From: an uncultured Gammaproteobacteria bacterium
Lineage (GTDB): Bacteria; Patescibacteriota; Patescibacteriia; UBA1558; 2-01-FULL-52-15
Length of the DNA stretch: 64,000 nucleotides
Reading direction: 5' to 3'
NCBI GenBank assembly: GCA_964402565.1
Contig: CAYOCJ010000001.1
Span: 504,802 to 568,801, forward strand
Shown here: piece by piece, positions 9,606-19,635 of the stretch
How positions within the stretch are numbered: the stretch's first letter is position 1
How the letters are laid out: each line of letters opens with the position of its first letter
Program-made: the position numbers and the translations under genes
The notes under the pieces: model-generated
Seen by the model: the letters and a program-made list of their open reading frames with translations, nothing else
The model's database searches: none
What the model was told of the DNA's origin: nothing

Positions 9606-10526
9606 CTACGATTCGAGAATCGACGGGTGGCCGTTCAGAAAAGCAGAGGAGGGCATGCGTGGCTTTCCTTCAGCTTGTAGTTCTAAAATCTCCAAAGCTC
9701 CATCCGCTGTCTGCATTACAAGAGAGCCTTGAGCTGATTTGCTGAATTTTTTTGTCGGCCGGTAACCTTTAAAAATGCAGGCTGAGTGTATCTTGAGTCG
9801 ACGGCTATCCCACACTATATAACAGCCTGGCCATGTTTGCAGGGCGCGTATCTGGGCGTCCAGCACGGTAATTGACTGAGCAGGATCGAGCAAGCCATCT
9901 TCGGAGTTAATAAGCTTGCAAAATGTCGCCTTCGTATGATCTTGAGGAGTCAGGATGATCGTCGAATCAATGTAAGCACGAAATTTTTTCTTGAGCATTG
10001 CAGATCCCAGAAGTGATAATGTATGAGAGAGGGTTTCGTACGTTTCTGAAGGAGTGCATGCGATAGACTCTTGAGCGATCAATGGACCATGGTCCATTTG
10101 ATTATCAAGCTGAATCAGAGATACGCCGGTTGCGGTATCCTGGTTAAGGATCGCTGCCTGGATTGGCGATGGACCGCGGTACTTTGGCAATAATGACGGG
10201 TGTACATTAATGACGCCAGGCGTTGATAGGTTTAAGATGGCTTCAGGAATAATCTTTCCATATGCGGCGACAACAAATAGACATGGCAGGAATTCCTGCA
10301 GCCTCCGGACGAAATCCAATTCCTTTAAGTTCTCCGGTTCAAATATGGGTACACCGAACGATTCAGCTCTTTGTTTAACGGCGGAAGGCACTGTATTTCG
10401 AAGTCCTCGTCCTTGTTTACGTTCCGGTTGAGTGACCACAGCACTCAAAACACTTTCATCGCGGAGCATATCGAGAATAGGAACGGCAAAATCTGGTGTA
10501 CCCCAGAAGACAACAGAATACTTCAT
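9606..10526 (-). CDS. fmt: Methionyl-tRNA formyltransferase
   Basis: N-terminal VVFWGTPDFAVPIL and a formyltransferase core. It is immediately downstream of def and overlaps it by 4 nt. Confidence 0.9.
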   Translation of the reverse strand: MKYSVVFWGTPDFAVPILDMLRDESVLSAVVTQPERKQGRGLRNTVPSAVKQRAESFGVPIFEPENLKELDFVRRLQEFLPCLFVVAAYGKIIPEAILNLSTPGVINVHPSLLPKYRGPSPIQAAILNQDTATGVSLIQLDNQMDHGPLIAQESIACTPSETYETLSHTLSLLGSAMLKKKFRAYIDSTIILTPQDHTKATFCKLINSEDGLLDPAQSITVLDAQIRALQTWPGCYIVWDSRRLKIHSACIFKGYRPTKKFSKSAQGSLVMQTADGALEILELQAEGKPRMPSSAFLNGHPSILES

Positions 10527-11014
10527 TTTTTTGTAGCGTGTTTAGTGTCAAGCGATCCCTTGGTCACCTGTATCGCGTGGTCTATGATCAAGGTGCCGTT
10601 GATATGGTCGATCTCATGCTGCAGGACAATGGCGCGCATGCCGGTAGCCTTTTCGATTATTTTTTTTCCGTCAACATCCTGATAGGATACGCGAATTTTA
10701 GCTCGTCGCTCGACATAACCGAACAGTCCGGGCACCGAGAGGCAGCCTTCCTCAATGGCAACCGTTTTCGCGCTTGAGAAAGTTATCTTTGGATTCACAT
10801 AGCATTTGTATTTGTCGCCCTCGTCGCCTATTTTTACAATGATGATCGAGATGTTTTTCCCGATCTGAGGCGCTGCCAGACCAATGCCATTCTCACGGAT
10901 CATGGTTTCGTTCATTTGCTCTGCAAGCACGCGCAAGTCGTCACCAAATTCAGTGATCGGTTTTGATGGGTGGTGCAAGCTTGCTTTTGGATGTACGGTC
11001 AATGCTAATGGCAT
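10523..11014 (-). CDS. def: Peptide deformylase
   Basis: The three Def metal-site motifs are present: GIGLAAPQIG, EGCLSVPG and QHEIDHINGTL. Confidence 0.92.
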   Translation of the reverse strand: MPLALTVHPKASLHHPSKPITEFGDDLRVLAEQMNETMIRENGIGLAAPQIGKNISIIIVKIGDEGDKYKCYVNPKITFSSAKTVAIEEGCLSVPGLFGYVERRAKIRVSYQDVDGKKIIEKATGMRAIVLQHEIDHINGTLIIDHAIQVTKGSLDTKHATKK

Positions 11015-11086
11015 ACGTCAATTTATATGATTACGGAAACCAGTATACGAATTGCAGATTGGCACGTCAACTGCCGTTAGCGTGCT

Positions 11087-11884
11087 TCAGGCGAAATTAA
11101 GCTGTGCAGTAAGATACCCGACGCCAAGCGGGGATTCAAAGCTAAGCACGTTTACTGAATACGAACGTTCATCAATGATCCCGCACAAAAGCGCAATGGA
11201 ACGCAAAGCACATTCTGATAGCCTTTTCGTTTCATCCGTTTCCATGGTCATAATCGAACGCAGGTCACCAGCGAACACCTTATCATGAATTGCTTTATTA
11301 AATGCTGATGCTCCCGGCAATACGCCTCCGGGTGCATGCTTGCTTGCACCATGGGAAAGATCGCCTGATGCGATCACACCTATGCGCTTGGTGGTTGTAT
11401 TAATTTTTCGATTGATGGCAACGCCTAGATCATAATGCTGGCTCAGTGTCAGATCAGGTGAGGTTCCGATGGGTACAATGCGCAGTGCGTCGGCGCTGTA
11501 GCCGCGCAGTACATGAAAAAGAGGTATGGTCAGTCCATAGTCTAACTCCTGGTTTTCGATCAATGAGATCGGTATCTTCGTTTCCACAGATTCTTTAATA
11601 GAATAGCCGAAACCAACGTCATTATAGAGTTTGAGCGAGTCAGATAAATTGCCGTATGCGGTGAAGGCCGCGAGCAACTCAGGTCTTTGGTTTATGGTAA
11701 GTGCATGTGCGACGCGGAACGCATGCGGCGTGATAGCAATAATCGTGTCCACCTTTGCCGCATAGAGGTTCTCAGAAAGTTCGCGAAAAGCCTTCATGGT
11801 TCCCCGCAGCTTCGGCAAGTGCTCCTTGCCAATATCCGGCACTGCCATCACAGGATGCGGCGTCAAAGCAGCAAAAACGAGCAT
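11087..11884 (-). CDS. Memo1/LigB-superfamily protein (AmmeMemoRadiSam-system protein B-like / class III extradiol dioxygenase fold)
   Basis: Recurrent His-containing motifs TPHP..., ITPHA and ASGDLSHG resemble the Memo/LigB metal-site pattern. The family assignment is tentative. Confidence 0.4.
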   Translation of the reverse strand: MLVFAALTPHPVMAVPDIGKEHLPKLRGTMKAFRELSENLYAAKVDTIIAITPHAFRVAHALTINQRPELLAAFTAYGNLSDSLKLYNDVGFGYSIKESVETKIPISLIENQELDYGLTIPLFHVLRGYSADALRIVPIGTSPDLTLSQHYDLGVAINRKINTTTKRIGVIASGDLSHGASKHAPGGVLPGASAFNKAIHDKVFAGDLRSIMTMETDETKRLSECALRSIALLCGIIDERSYSVNVLSFESPLGVGYLTAQLNFA

Positions 11885-11893
11885 ACAAAAATG

Positions 11894-13327
11894 TTACTTA
11901 ACAATGATAGGGTCTCCGGTCGGGTGTAGATCGAGCACAGCGTCGCTCGTGGTGATGATATTTGACCATTTGTAGCCAATAGTCGTGAAGACCTTTTCCG
12001 AAGTGACATGTCTTTTTTTTCCATTCGATATGACATAGACATCCGGACCTGATCCCTTGACCAGTACGCCGTCTCGCAATAAAACCGGGAAGCCACTTGG
12101 ATATTTCGAAAGGGTATCGGAAGCGACCAAGCTTGTTTTCATAGTTGGATAGTCGATTTGCATGATAGCCTTGTCCAAAATAGGATAGCGCCTTCCGGAC
12201 TCAACGTAGAAGATCTCTTTCGTCTTTTTATCCTGAAGTAGCGCTCCGGTAGGGTATGCATCGCTCAGGCTGATCGGCCTGCCGTCAGGGATCACGCTGG
12301 CTGCTTCGTCAGTAATATCTTCGACTTCTTCCGGATTGAAGCCTAAATTTTTAAATACATCCGGGGATGTAATCAAGCGCTTTTGATCAACTGTAAGCAA
12401 ATAGATCGACCCTGATGTTTTTGCTTTGACCAGCGAGTAGGCAGGAAAGTCAATGGAATAATCCTCAGGGTACAACTCCAAGTCTGTCTTTGTAATAGGC
12501 ACCACCAGTTTCGGGTCGTATCTGGAAACCAGCGCAAGCCGAGAAGTGAATGCATGGCGGACCGAATCTTTGATCAGCCACACGCCTGCTTCGCCGGGAA
12601 CTTGCACCAAGGTCGTGTCAGGCAGGATCGAAACGAAATACCGCTGCCAAAGCGCCTGGAAAAGCTTATTGCCGTGAAGATGCGGCGTATAGTTATACAG
12701 TGCAGCAGTTACTCTGTTCTTTGGAGAGACCGTTATGCCGTCTACGGTCGACTGCCTGCCTGGTTGATATGAGTATTCGTCAATATGGTCGTAATAATAC
12801 CGGAACTGTTCTGCGGCGCTCGGGATTTGTTTGTAAATGCCTCTCCACCGCTCATTGCATGCCTGCCCGTCAAGACATCCGTATCCTGTAGCCCAATCAA
12901 GCTGGTTTTGGGTAGGGGATGGTTCTTCTATAAGACTTTGTTCCTTTTGCAGCAAAACGAGCAAAAACTGCGGGTTGATGTGATGATTTTGTGCTGCTCG
13001 AAATATTTGCTCAGCAATTGACAACCGTTCACCCGTATCGAGCGTACTAAAATACGTCGACAAATAACTCTGCTTACTGGTCAAAAAATCTTGGATGTCC
13101 TGCTGATCCATGGTCTGATAGGCGACCATTTCTTCATCAGAAATGATATACGAGTAATCAAAGGTATCATCCGTTTGTGCAAACGCATGGAGAGGCAGAA
13201 CCGAGGCCAACAAAAAAATTGAAAGTCCGACAGCTAGCGGCTTATATGCATACATAGTGAATGTAGTGTTGACGAAAAGCAGAGCATATTGTTTGACTAT
13301 TATAGCATATATGCACGATATACTCAA
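11894..13327 (-). CDS. Secreted protein with N-terminal signal peptide and four C-terminal ~55-aa repeats (probable cell-envelope binding)
   Basis: Signal peptide (LAVGLSIFLLASVLPLHAFA). Four degenerate repeats with the pattern G..Y.i..g.kr.I.S..vF...G.....I.... Confidence 0.45.
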   Translation of the reverse strand: MSISCIYAIIVKQYALLFVNTTFTMYAYKPLAVGLSIFLLASVLPLHAFAQTDDTFDYSYIISDEEMVAYQTMDQQDIQDFLTSKQSYLSTYFSTLDTGERLSIAEQIFRAAQNHHINPQFLLVLLQKEQSLIEEPSPTQNQLDWATGYGCLDGQACNERWRGIYKQIPSAAEQFRYYYDHIDEYSYQPGRQSTVDGITVSPKNRVTAALYNYTPHLHGNKLFQALWQRYFVSILPDTTLVQVPGEAGVWLIKDSVRHAFTSRLALVSRYDPKLVVPITKTDLELYPEDYSIDFPAYSLVKAKTSGSIYLLTVDQKRLITSPDVFKNLGFNPEEVEDITDEAASVIPDGRPISLSDAYPTGALLQDKKTKEIFYVESGRRYPILDKAIMQIDYPTMKTSLVASDTLSKYPSGFPVLLRDGVLVKGSGPDVYVISNGKKRHVTSEKVFTTIGYKWSNIITTSDAVLDLHPTGDPIIVK

Positions 13328-13369
13328 CTATTTATTGCTTTTTTATGTCTCTTCGGTACAATCCAGACT

Positions 13370-13927
13370 ATGAAAACAGCGCGTTTATTCATTGCTGTGC
13401 ACGTTCCCCAAAAAATTCAGAACACGCTCCTCAGACAGATGGGGCAGCTCGGGCTAACCTCTGAAAATATACGTCCTGTGCCGCTGTCTGACATTCATTT
13501 GACATTGAAATTTATCGGTGAAACAGACGATACGCATATCCCGCCATTACTCGAGATCCTGAAGGTTGTTGCTGAGCGAAATCAGTCATGTGAAATTACC
13601 ATTGAAGGCGGCGTTCTCTTGCCGCCCCGTAAACCGCGAACGTTCGGAGTGCGAATGCAGCACTCAGGTCAATTGCAAGACCTCTATGAAGATATCGATG
13701 ACGAGCTTTCTGCAAACGGTTTATCTGATCGAGATGTCAGGAAATTTTACCCCCATATCACCCTTGCACGGACAAAAGGTCTGATGACACCGCATGAAAT
13801 ATCACAAATACTTTCATGGCCCTGCAAGGGAATGTCCTTCATTGCTGAAGATATTAGATTAATAGAAAGCACCTTGCGTCCCCAAGGGCCGCTCTATACT
13901 GTACTTACCTCAGAACCCTTACAATGA
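13370..13927 (+). CDS. thpR: RNA 2',3'-cyclic phosphodiesterase (2H phosphoesterase, LigT/ThpR)
   Basis: Two H-x-T-x motifs (HLTLKFIG and HITLART). The start was moved to the internal MKTARLFIAV, because the track start at 13289 overlaps the upstream minus-strand gene. Confidence 0.75.
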   Translation: MKTARLFIAVHVPQKIQNTLLRQMGQLGLTSENIRPVPLSDIHLTLKFIGETDDTHIPPLLEILKVVAERNQSCEITIEGGVLLPPRKPRTFGVRMQHSGQLQDLYEDIDDELSANGLSDRDVRKFYPHITLARTKGLMTPHEISQILSWPCKGMSFIAEDIRLIESTLRPQGPLYTVLTSEPLQ

Positions 13928-14637
13928 AGTCTTTTCAATTGCTCGGTATTAAAATATCATTCCTCGATCGACAGGCGCTGAACGACCGGCTAACTCAGAT
14001 GCTGTCTGGAGACAGAATGAATCAGATAGCTACCATCAACCCGGAATTTATCGTTGCCGCTCATAGCGACGAAGAGTACCGGAAACTGCTGCAGCAAGTC
14101 GATCTGGCAACGCCTGATGGCACGGGCATCATTCTGGCAGCACGCATACACCGTATGCGGGTTTCATTTGCTGACCGCATTACAGGAGTTGATCTGACTA
14201 TGCGGGTACTTGAAATTGCCCATGCACAGAAACTTTCTGTATGCATACTCCTCAAAGCAAACAGCCTCAGCTCAGATGATACGGTCAATGCAAAGATCTT
14301 AGAACTCTTTCCTGGATTACATCTTCGAATTTTTAGAGCGCCGATCGATGTGCACCGAATAGGAGAACATTCGCCGCACGTTTTATTCGTCGCTTTCGGA
14401 TCGCCTAGCCAGGAATTCTGGATACGCGAACACCGTAACGATTTGCCGACCATTCGCATAGCCATGGGTGTCGGTGGGACATTCGATTTTATTTCTGGTA
14501 AAATACAACGAGCTCCGGCTATATTGAGAGCAGGAGGGCTTGAATGGGTATGGCGGCTGCTTCGCGAGCCAAAGCGCCTGCCCCGAATTCTGCGGGCAGT
14601 ACTTGTCTTTCCCTTCATTGTTCTAACTAAAAAGTAG
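13924..14637 (+). CDS. WecB/TagA/CpsF-family glycosyltransferase (GT26)
   Basis: LLGIKISFLD...ATINPEFIV...DLATPDGTGII matches the GT26 (WecG/TagA) N-terminal consensus. Confidence 0.7.
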   Translation: MKSFQLLGIKISFLDRQALNDRLTQMLSGDRMNQIATINPEFIVAAHSDEEYRKLLQQVDLATPDGTGIILAARIHRMRVSFADRITGVDLTMRVLEIAHAQKLSVCILLKANSLSSDDTVNAKILELFPGLHLRIFRAPIDVHRIGEHSPHVLFVAFGSPSQEFWIREHRNDLPTIRIAMGVGGTFDFISGKIQRAPAILRAGGLEWVWRLLREPKRLPRILRAVLVFPFIVLTKK

Positions 14638-16062
14638 ATGAAAAAAATAGTAACACGTTTTGCGCCGTCCCCGACCGGATATCTGCATATCGGCGGATTA
14701 CGGACAGCACTGTTCAGCTATCTATGGGCGAAAAAGAACCATGGCCATTTTCTGCTTCGCATCGAGGATACTGACCAAAAACGGGAAGTCCCTGGTGCAA
14801 CGCAAAAATTGATCGAAACACTTGGTCTATTCGACATTCGAACTGACGGAGATCTTGTCATACAGTCAGAACATGCAAAAACCGGAGTATACAAAAAATA
14901 CGCAGAGCTCCTGGTCAGCAAAAAAAATGCATACTATTGTTTCTGCACCGAACAACGGCTCACTGAACTGCGTGCAGCACAGCATGCGTCGAAACAGCCG
15001 CCGCGATATGACGGGCATTGCCGTCATTTGTCAGAGGATGAAATAAAAAATAACCTGGCCAAAAAAATCGAACATGTTGTTCGCATTGCAATTCCGGAAC
15101 GACAAACCATCGTTGCAGAAGATGTTATTCATGGAAAACTATCGTTCGAAAGTGCAACGTTGAATGACGCAGTGCTTCTAAAATCCGACGGCATACCAAC
15201 ATACCACCTTGCCAATGTCGTTGACGACCATCTGATGCATATCTCGCATGTCATACGAGGCGAGGAGTGGATCCCGTCATTTCCGCTGCACATACTCTTA
15301 TACGATTTTTTTGGATTTGATAAACCAATATTTTGTCATTTGCCTTTAATCCTAAATCCTGACAAGTCAAAACTATCTAAACGGCAAGGCGATGTCGCTG
15401 TGGAGCAGTACCTTGAAAAAGGATATCTGAAAGAAGCTCTTTTGAATTATGTCGTTTTTTTGGGATGGAACCCCGGCACTGACAGAGAGATCTTTTCACT
15501 CAAAGAACTCATTCATGATTTCGAACTGGACAAACTGCACTCGGCTGCGGCAGTATTCAGCATCGACAAACTAAATTGGTTCAATAGCTGGTACATAAAA
15601 AATATACTTGCAACAAAAGCACCGGACGAGTTATCAAGCAGCATCGCTCCATTTTTACCGGGGATTGATGCTGAAAAGCGGCTCGGCGTGTTTAACCTGT
15701 TTTTTGAACGCATCAACCGACTTGATGAGCTTGCATCCCTTGCGCAGTTCTTATGGAAATTACCGCATTACGAAAGCGACCTTCTCATTTTCAAAAAAAG
15801 CGACAGTGAAACTACGATCAGGGGCTTGAAGCTTTGCGCTGATCGATTCACCTCATTCAGCGACAAGTGGACTCCTATTAATTTGGAATTACTGCTTAAA
15901 AAAGCAGCCGAGGAGCAGGGGTTGAAGCTAGGGGATGTATTTTGGCCGTTGCGTGTTGCTGTCTCAGGACTTGCAGCAAGCCCTGCGCCGACAGATATAG
16001 CTGCCTTTCTCGGAAAGGAGGAGACTCTGTCTCGCATACAAAGATCGCTTGATAAGCTCTAA
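14638..16062 (+). CDS. gltX: Glutamate--tRNA ligase
   Basis: HIGH motif (PTGYLHIGGLRTALF), KMSKS-type KLSKRQG and a class I catalytic core. Confidence 0.92.
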   Translation: MKKIVTRFAPSPTGYLHIGGLRTALFSYLWAKKNHGHFLLRIEDTDQKREVPGATQKLIETLGLFDIRTDGDLVIQSEHAKTGVYKKYAELLVSKKNAYYCFCTEQRLTELRAAQHASKQPPRYDGHCRHLSEDEIKNNLAKKIEHVVRIAIPERQTIVAEDVIHGKLSFESATLNDAVLLKSDGIPTYHLANVVDDHLMHISHVIRGEEWIPSFPLHILLYDFFGFDKPIFCHLPLILNPDKSKLSKRQGDVAVEQYLEKGYLKEALLNYVVFLGWNPGTDREIFSLKELIHDFELDKLHSAAAVFSIDKLNWFNSWYIKNILATKAPDELSSSIAPFLPGIDAEKRLGVFNLFFERINRLDELASLAQFLWKLPHYESDLLIFKKSDSETTIRGLKLCADRFTSFSDKWTPINLELLLKKAAEEQGLKLGDVFWPLRVAVSGLAASPAPTDIAAFLGKEETLSRIQRSLDKL

Positions 16063-16093
16063 AGCGAGGGTAACTTTATAGAATGCTCTTTTT

Positions 16094-16103
16094 GTGCTAT
16101 ACT
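16094..16103 (+). promoter_or_regulatory. Extended -10 promoter element (TGcTATACT) upstream of the M23 peptidase gene
   Basis: tgtgcTATACT lies 16 nt upstream of the ATG at 16119. Confidence 0.4.
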
Positions 16104-16118
16104 ATGCTTTGAAGAGCT

Positions 16119-17387
16119 ATGATTCAAACAAACACACAAAGAAAATTTAGGCTAACATACGCAGTTGTACCCATTTTTTTGGGTATTTTTTTATACATTT
16201 CGACCGGACTATATGCTGCAGTAGAGCTGAATCTCAATGCGAATTATGACCAGGAGATCTGGCAACTTAACCAGCAGATCAACGATAAACGCAAAGAAGC
16301 TGATTCCCTCAAGCAGCAGGCAGACCTCTATAAAAAAAGCCTGGCGTCAAAACAGCGACAGATTGCGACTCTTAACTACCAAGTATCGACATTAAATCAA
16401 ACTATTACGAAGATTTCTCTAGAAAAGGAAGCGCTCGAAGTCGAGGTCGACGAGATCAATCTCCGCATCAAAAACAACGAGCTTAAGATGCAGGCAACCG
16501 AGGAGAATGTGCAGGAACAGAAGGACCACCTTGCTGATCTGGTGCGTACGCTGTATCAGACTGACAAACAGGATAACCTGCTCATGATCTTGGCAACCAA
16601 CAATGACCTCGGCGATTACCTTTCGCAATTGCAGCACCTGCAGAGCATACAGGGCGGTGTGCTGACCGGACTCGATTCTCTTGGAAACCTAAAAATAGCT
16701 CTTGCCGGAGAACAGAGCAGCCTTGACTCTAACAAGCAAAGTCTCAGTGACCTGCAGGATGAGTTATCCCAAAAAACGCAGCTGCTTGAAGACCAAAAAG
16801 ATGCAAAATTTTCATTGATCGATGAGACGCGAGGACAGGAAAGCAAATATCAGCAGCTGATCCAAGATCTCAAGAGCGAACAAGACAGGACCAACAATGA
16901 CATCGTCAACTTAGAACAAGTTGCCCGCGAAAAATTAAATCGGCAGATCAAGGCCGGAACAGCCAAAGATCTCGGATCAGGTCCTATGATCTGGCCGATC
17001 GCTTCCCGAAAGATCACGACGTATTTTCATGATCCTGACTATCCTTTCCGAAATGTCTTTGAGCACCCTGCTATCGACATCGCGACCCCGCAAGGCACAC
17101 CTATCGCGGCTGCAGCATCGGGGTATGTTGCACGAGCAAAGGATGCGGGCATGGGATATAGCTATATCATGTTGATACATGATAACGGCATTTCAACTGT
17201 CTATGGACATGTCAGCGCTATTAATGTCACCGAGGGCACGTTCGTGACGCAGGGGCAGATCATCGGAGCATCAGGCGCAACACCGGGCACCCCAGGTGCT
17301 GGAAGATTGACTACCGGACCGCATTTACATTTTGAAGTGCGTTTGAATGGGATACCAGTCAACCCCCTCAATTACTTGCCAGAATAA
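16119..17387 (+). CDS. M23 (LytM) family metallopeptidase with N-terminal TM segment and long coiled-coil (EnvC-like)
   Basis: C-terminal HLHFEVR and the HD...G..Y.H M23 motifs. About 250 aa of heptad-rich coiled-coil precede the catalytic domain. Confidence 0.88.
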   Translation: MIQTNTQRKFRLTYAVVPIFLGIFLYISTGLYAAVELNLNANYDQEIWQLNQQINDKRKEADSLKQQADLYKKSLASKQRQIATLNYQVSTLNQTITKISLEKEALEVEVDEINLRIKNNELKMQATEENVQEQKDHLADLVRTLYQTDKQDNLLMILATNNDLGDYLSQLQHLQSIQGGVLTGLDSLGNLKIALAGEQSSLDSNKQSLSDLQDELSQKTQLLEDQKDAKFSLIDETRGQESKYQQLIQDLKSEQDRTNNDIVNLEQVAREKLNRQIKAGTAKDLGSGPMIWPIASRKITTYFHDPDYPFRNVFEHPAIDIATPQGTPIAAAASGYVARAKDAGMGYSYIMLIHDNGISTVYGHVSAINVTEGTFVTQGQIIGASGATPGTPGAGRLTTGPHLHFEVRLNGIPVNPLNYLPE

Positions 17388-17413
17388 TTTGATCAAAGCG
17401 AAAGGCGGTCCGC

Positions 17414-17469
17414 AGATGCGAGCCGCCTTTTTCGATTCCAAAGATGCGAGCCGCCTTTTTCGATTCCAA
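17414..17469. repeat. Perfect 28-bp tandem duplication (agatgcgagccgcctttttcgattccaa x2) overlapping the terminator of the M23 gene
   Basis: Direct reading of the sequence. The first copy includes the ggcgg...ccgcc + ttttt terminator-like hairpin. Confidence 0.8.
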
Positions 17470-17479
17470 GCGATATTGC

Positions 17480-17770
17480 TTACTTGGAAGAGTTGGGATG
17501 AAGCATGAAAGAGAATTGTTGTGACCTGCGAGCGGGAGGCACTTGAACCGCAGGCTCGATCTTCTTGACCCTCAGAGGCGTTCTTCGAGCGACGATTTGC
17601 TCGAAAATGCCGCAGCGCTCTTCGCCGCGAACCACGTAGCCTATCCAGGCGCCGTATAGCTTGCGAGCGGGGTAGGCTGCCAGGTCTTTCTTTCGGATGA
17701 CTCCTTTCCCGTACTTTTTCATAGCACGGTAGTGCAAGATGTCGACCAGCTCGTCTTTGTACATGCACAT
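17480..17770 (-). CDS. Hypothetical small basic protein (unsupported by homology)
   Basis: 96-aa ORF in a 420-bp gap, with a GGAG 9 nt upstream of its ATG. No recognisable motif. It could be non-coding. Confidence 0.25.
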   Translation of the reverse strand: MCMYKDELVDILHYRAMKKYGKGVIRKKDLAAYPARKLYGAWIGYVVRGEERCGIFEQIVARRTPLRVKKIEPAVQVPPARRSQQFSFMLHPNSSK

Positions 17771-17887
17771 CTCCGTACCGGCTATACCGGATTGAAAGAA
17801 CTATGGAATTTATTATAGTACATAAATCTAATAATGTCAAGTATACCGATTTACAGAAAGCATGCTTTACAGTAACCTATATACAGT

Positions 17888-19021
17888 ATGCGACCAACAA
17901 ATTCAGGCGTATATTTATTGCTTTTAATCGCATTTGCCATCACCGTAGGCGGATCGCTTGCCTCATATGGCCGCGGTGTATTAACTGCCATCGCTGATTT
18001 TGACACTTCGATCTCGATTGAGGAGAAGTCGATCCATCGCGAGAAACCAAAAAAAATCGTTTCAAAGGGACTATATCTTACTGCCTACTCGGCATCCAAC
18101 CCTAAGAAGCGAGCCGAAATAATTGACCTTATTCGCCGAACTGAGCTCAATACCGTAGTGATAGATATTAAGGACTATAGCGGGTATGTGCTGTATGACA
18201 GTGCCATACCGATGGTACGCGATCTAAAAACCAAGAAAGTCATTGTTAAAGACATGCGAGCGGTTATCAGTGAGTTCAAAAAAGCTGGGATTTACGTCAT
18301 CGCGCGCCAAACTGTTTTTCAAGACCCCGTTCTGGCTAATGCAAAGCCTGAATGGGCCATCAAGGTTGCTGGAGGAGGATTATGGAAAGATTTCAAGGGC
18401 TTATCGTGGGTCGATCCGACCGTTCATGATATCTGGAAGTACAATATGTCCATTGCAAAAGAAGCCATCAAGCTTGGTTTCGATGAGGTCAACTTTGACT
18501 ATGTCCGATTTCCCAGTGATGGAAATATTAAGACCGCAGTGTATGCAGACCTGCAGGGAGACAAAGCTGCAACCATGAAATCGTTCTATAGCTTCGTACA
18601 GCAGCAAATGAAAGACCAGCCGGCCTATACGTCGTTTGACTTATTCGGGCTAGTCCTTGAGTCCCATGACTTTGACATGAATATAGGCCAGAAGCTGACC
18701 TCTGCTTTGGACCAGGTAGATTATATCTGCCCTATGACATACCCTTCGCATTATCCGGCAGGATATCTGAGTTTTTCAAACCCAGCTGACCATCCCTATG
18801 AGGTCGTCCATAACGGACTGGTAAAATCTGAAGTTATCATGCAAACCGCACAGCGATCGAAGCTTCGGCCCTGGGTGCAGGCATTTAATCTTGGTGCAGT
18901 GTATGATGCTGACAAGATCAGGGCACAGATACAGGCGATCGAGGAGTCAGATTATTCAGCAGGGTGGCTGCTCTGGAATGCATCAAATAGGTACACTGAT
19001 GCAGGCTTGAAAGCGAAATAA
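17888..19021 (+). CDS. Putative glycoside-hydrolase-like TIM-barrel protein (DUF4015-type), N-terminal TM/signal
   Basis: NTVVIDIKDYSGYVLYDS...GIYVIARQTVFQD...FDEVNFDYVRFP matches the DUF4015 putative glycosyl hydrolase pattern. Confidence 0.55.
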   Translation: MRPTNSGVYLLLLIAFAITVGGSLASYGRGVLTAIADFDTSISIEEKSIHREKPKKIVSKGLYLTAYSASNPKKRAEIIDLIRRTELNTVVIDIKDYSGYVLYDSAIPMVRDLKTKKVIVKDMRAVISEFKKAGIYVIARQTVFQDPVLANAKPEWAIKVAGGGLWKDFKGLSWVDPTVHDIWKYNMSIAKEAIKLGFDEVNFDYVRFPSDGNIKTAVYADLQGDKAATMKSFYSFVQQQMKDQPAYTSFDLFGLVLESHDFDMNIGQKLTSALDQVDYICPMTYPSHYPAGYLSFSNPADHPYEVVHNGLVKSEVIMQTAQRSKLRPWVQAFNLGAVYDADKIRAQIQAIEESDYSAGWLLWNASNRYTDAGLKAK

Positions 19022-19080
19022 AAGCTTTCACCTTTTGTATAATGATGATAGAGTAGTACAAGAAAATTAATAATAGTATA

Positions 19081-19584
19081 ATGAATCAGCAAAAAACAAT
19101 AGCAATGGTCGTCGGATCGCTTGCGGTCATCGTCATCCTTGGAGTGATAGTTATGATGCAACCGGCGCATATCATCACACCGGCGAACACAAATACGAAC
19201 GAAACGCTTACAGAAAATGCTAATATTAATCAACCAGTGCCAGAACAGCCAACAACTATGGATACACTCAAGACTGAAACAGTGAAGAAAGGAAGCGGTC
19301 CAGCAGCACAAGCAGGTAATGAAGTAACCGTGCATTATACAGGCACGTTAGACGACGGAAGCAAATTTGATTCGAGCAGAGACCGGGGAACACCTTTTAC
19401 ATTCACGCTCGGGCAGCACCAGGTGATCGAAGGCTGGGAACAGGGCGTGCTCGGCATGCAGGTCGGTGAAGAGCGAAAACTGACCATTCCTTCAAGCCTC
19501 GGTTACGGTGACACTGGCTATCCGCCGGTGATACCAGCGAAAGCAACACTGCACTTCGACATTGAATTGCTGGGAATCAAATAA
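19081..19584 (+). CDS. FKBP-type peptidyl-prolyl cis-trans isomerase with N-terminal TM anchor
   Basis: [65 protein letters not shown] is a canonical FKBP domain. Confidence 0.92.
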   Translation: MNQQKTIAMVVGSLAVIVILGVIVMMQPAHIITPANTNTNETLTENANINQPVPEQPTTMDTLKTETVKKGSGPAAQAGNEVTVHYTGTLDDGSKFDSSRDRGTPFTFTLGQHQVIEGWEQGVLGMQVGEERKLTIPSSLGYGDTGYPPVIPAKATLHFDIELLGIK

Positions 19585-19592
19585 ATGAAAAT

Positions 19593-19630
19593 AAAATCAC
19601 CCCGACCAACGTCGGGGTGATTTTTTCTTT
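19593..19630. terminator. Bidirectional rho-independent terminator between convergent genes
   Basis: aaaatcaccccgac-caac-gtcggggtgatttt hairpin with T-runs on both strands. Confidence 0.7.
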
Positions 19631-19635
19631 GTCCG

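Noticed and set aside
13289-13369. Upstream extension of the thpR ORF
   Set aside because: It overlaps the 5' end of the convergent or divergent minus-strand gene. The motif-bearing protein starts at MKTARLF.
14061-14618. 185-aa minus-strand ORF
   Set aside because: It is antisense to the GT26 (WecB/TagA) gene and is Arg/Ser-rich shadow sequence.
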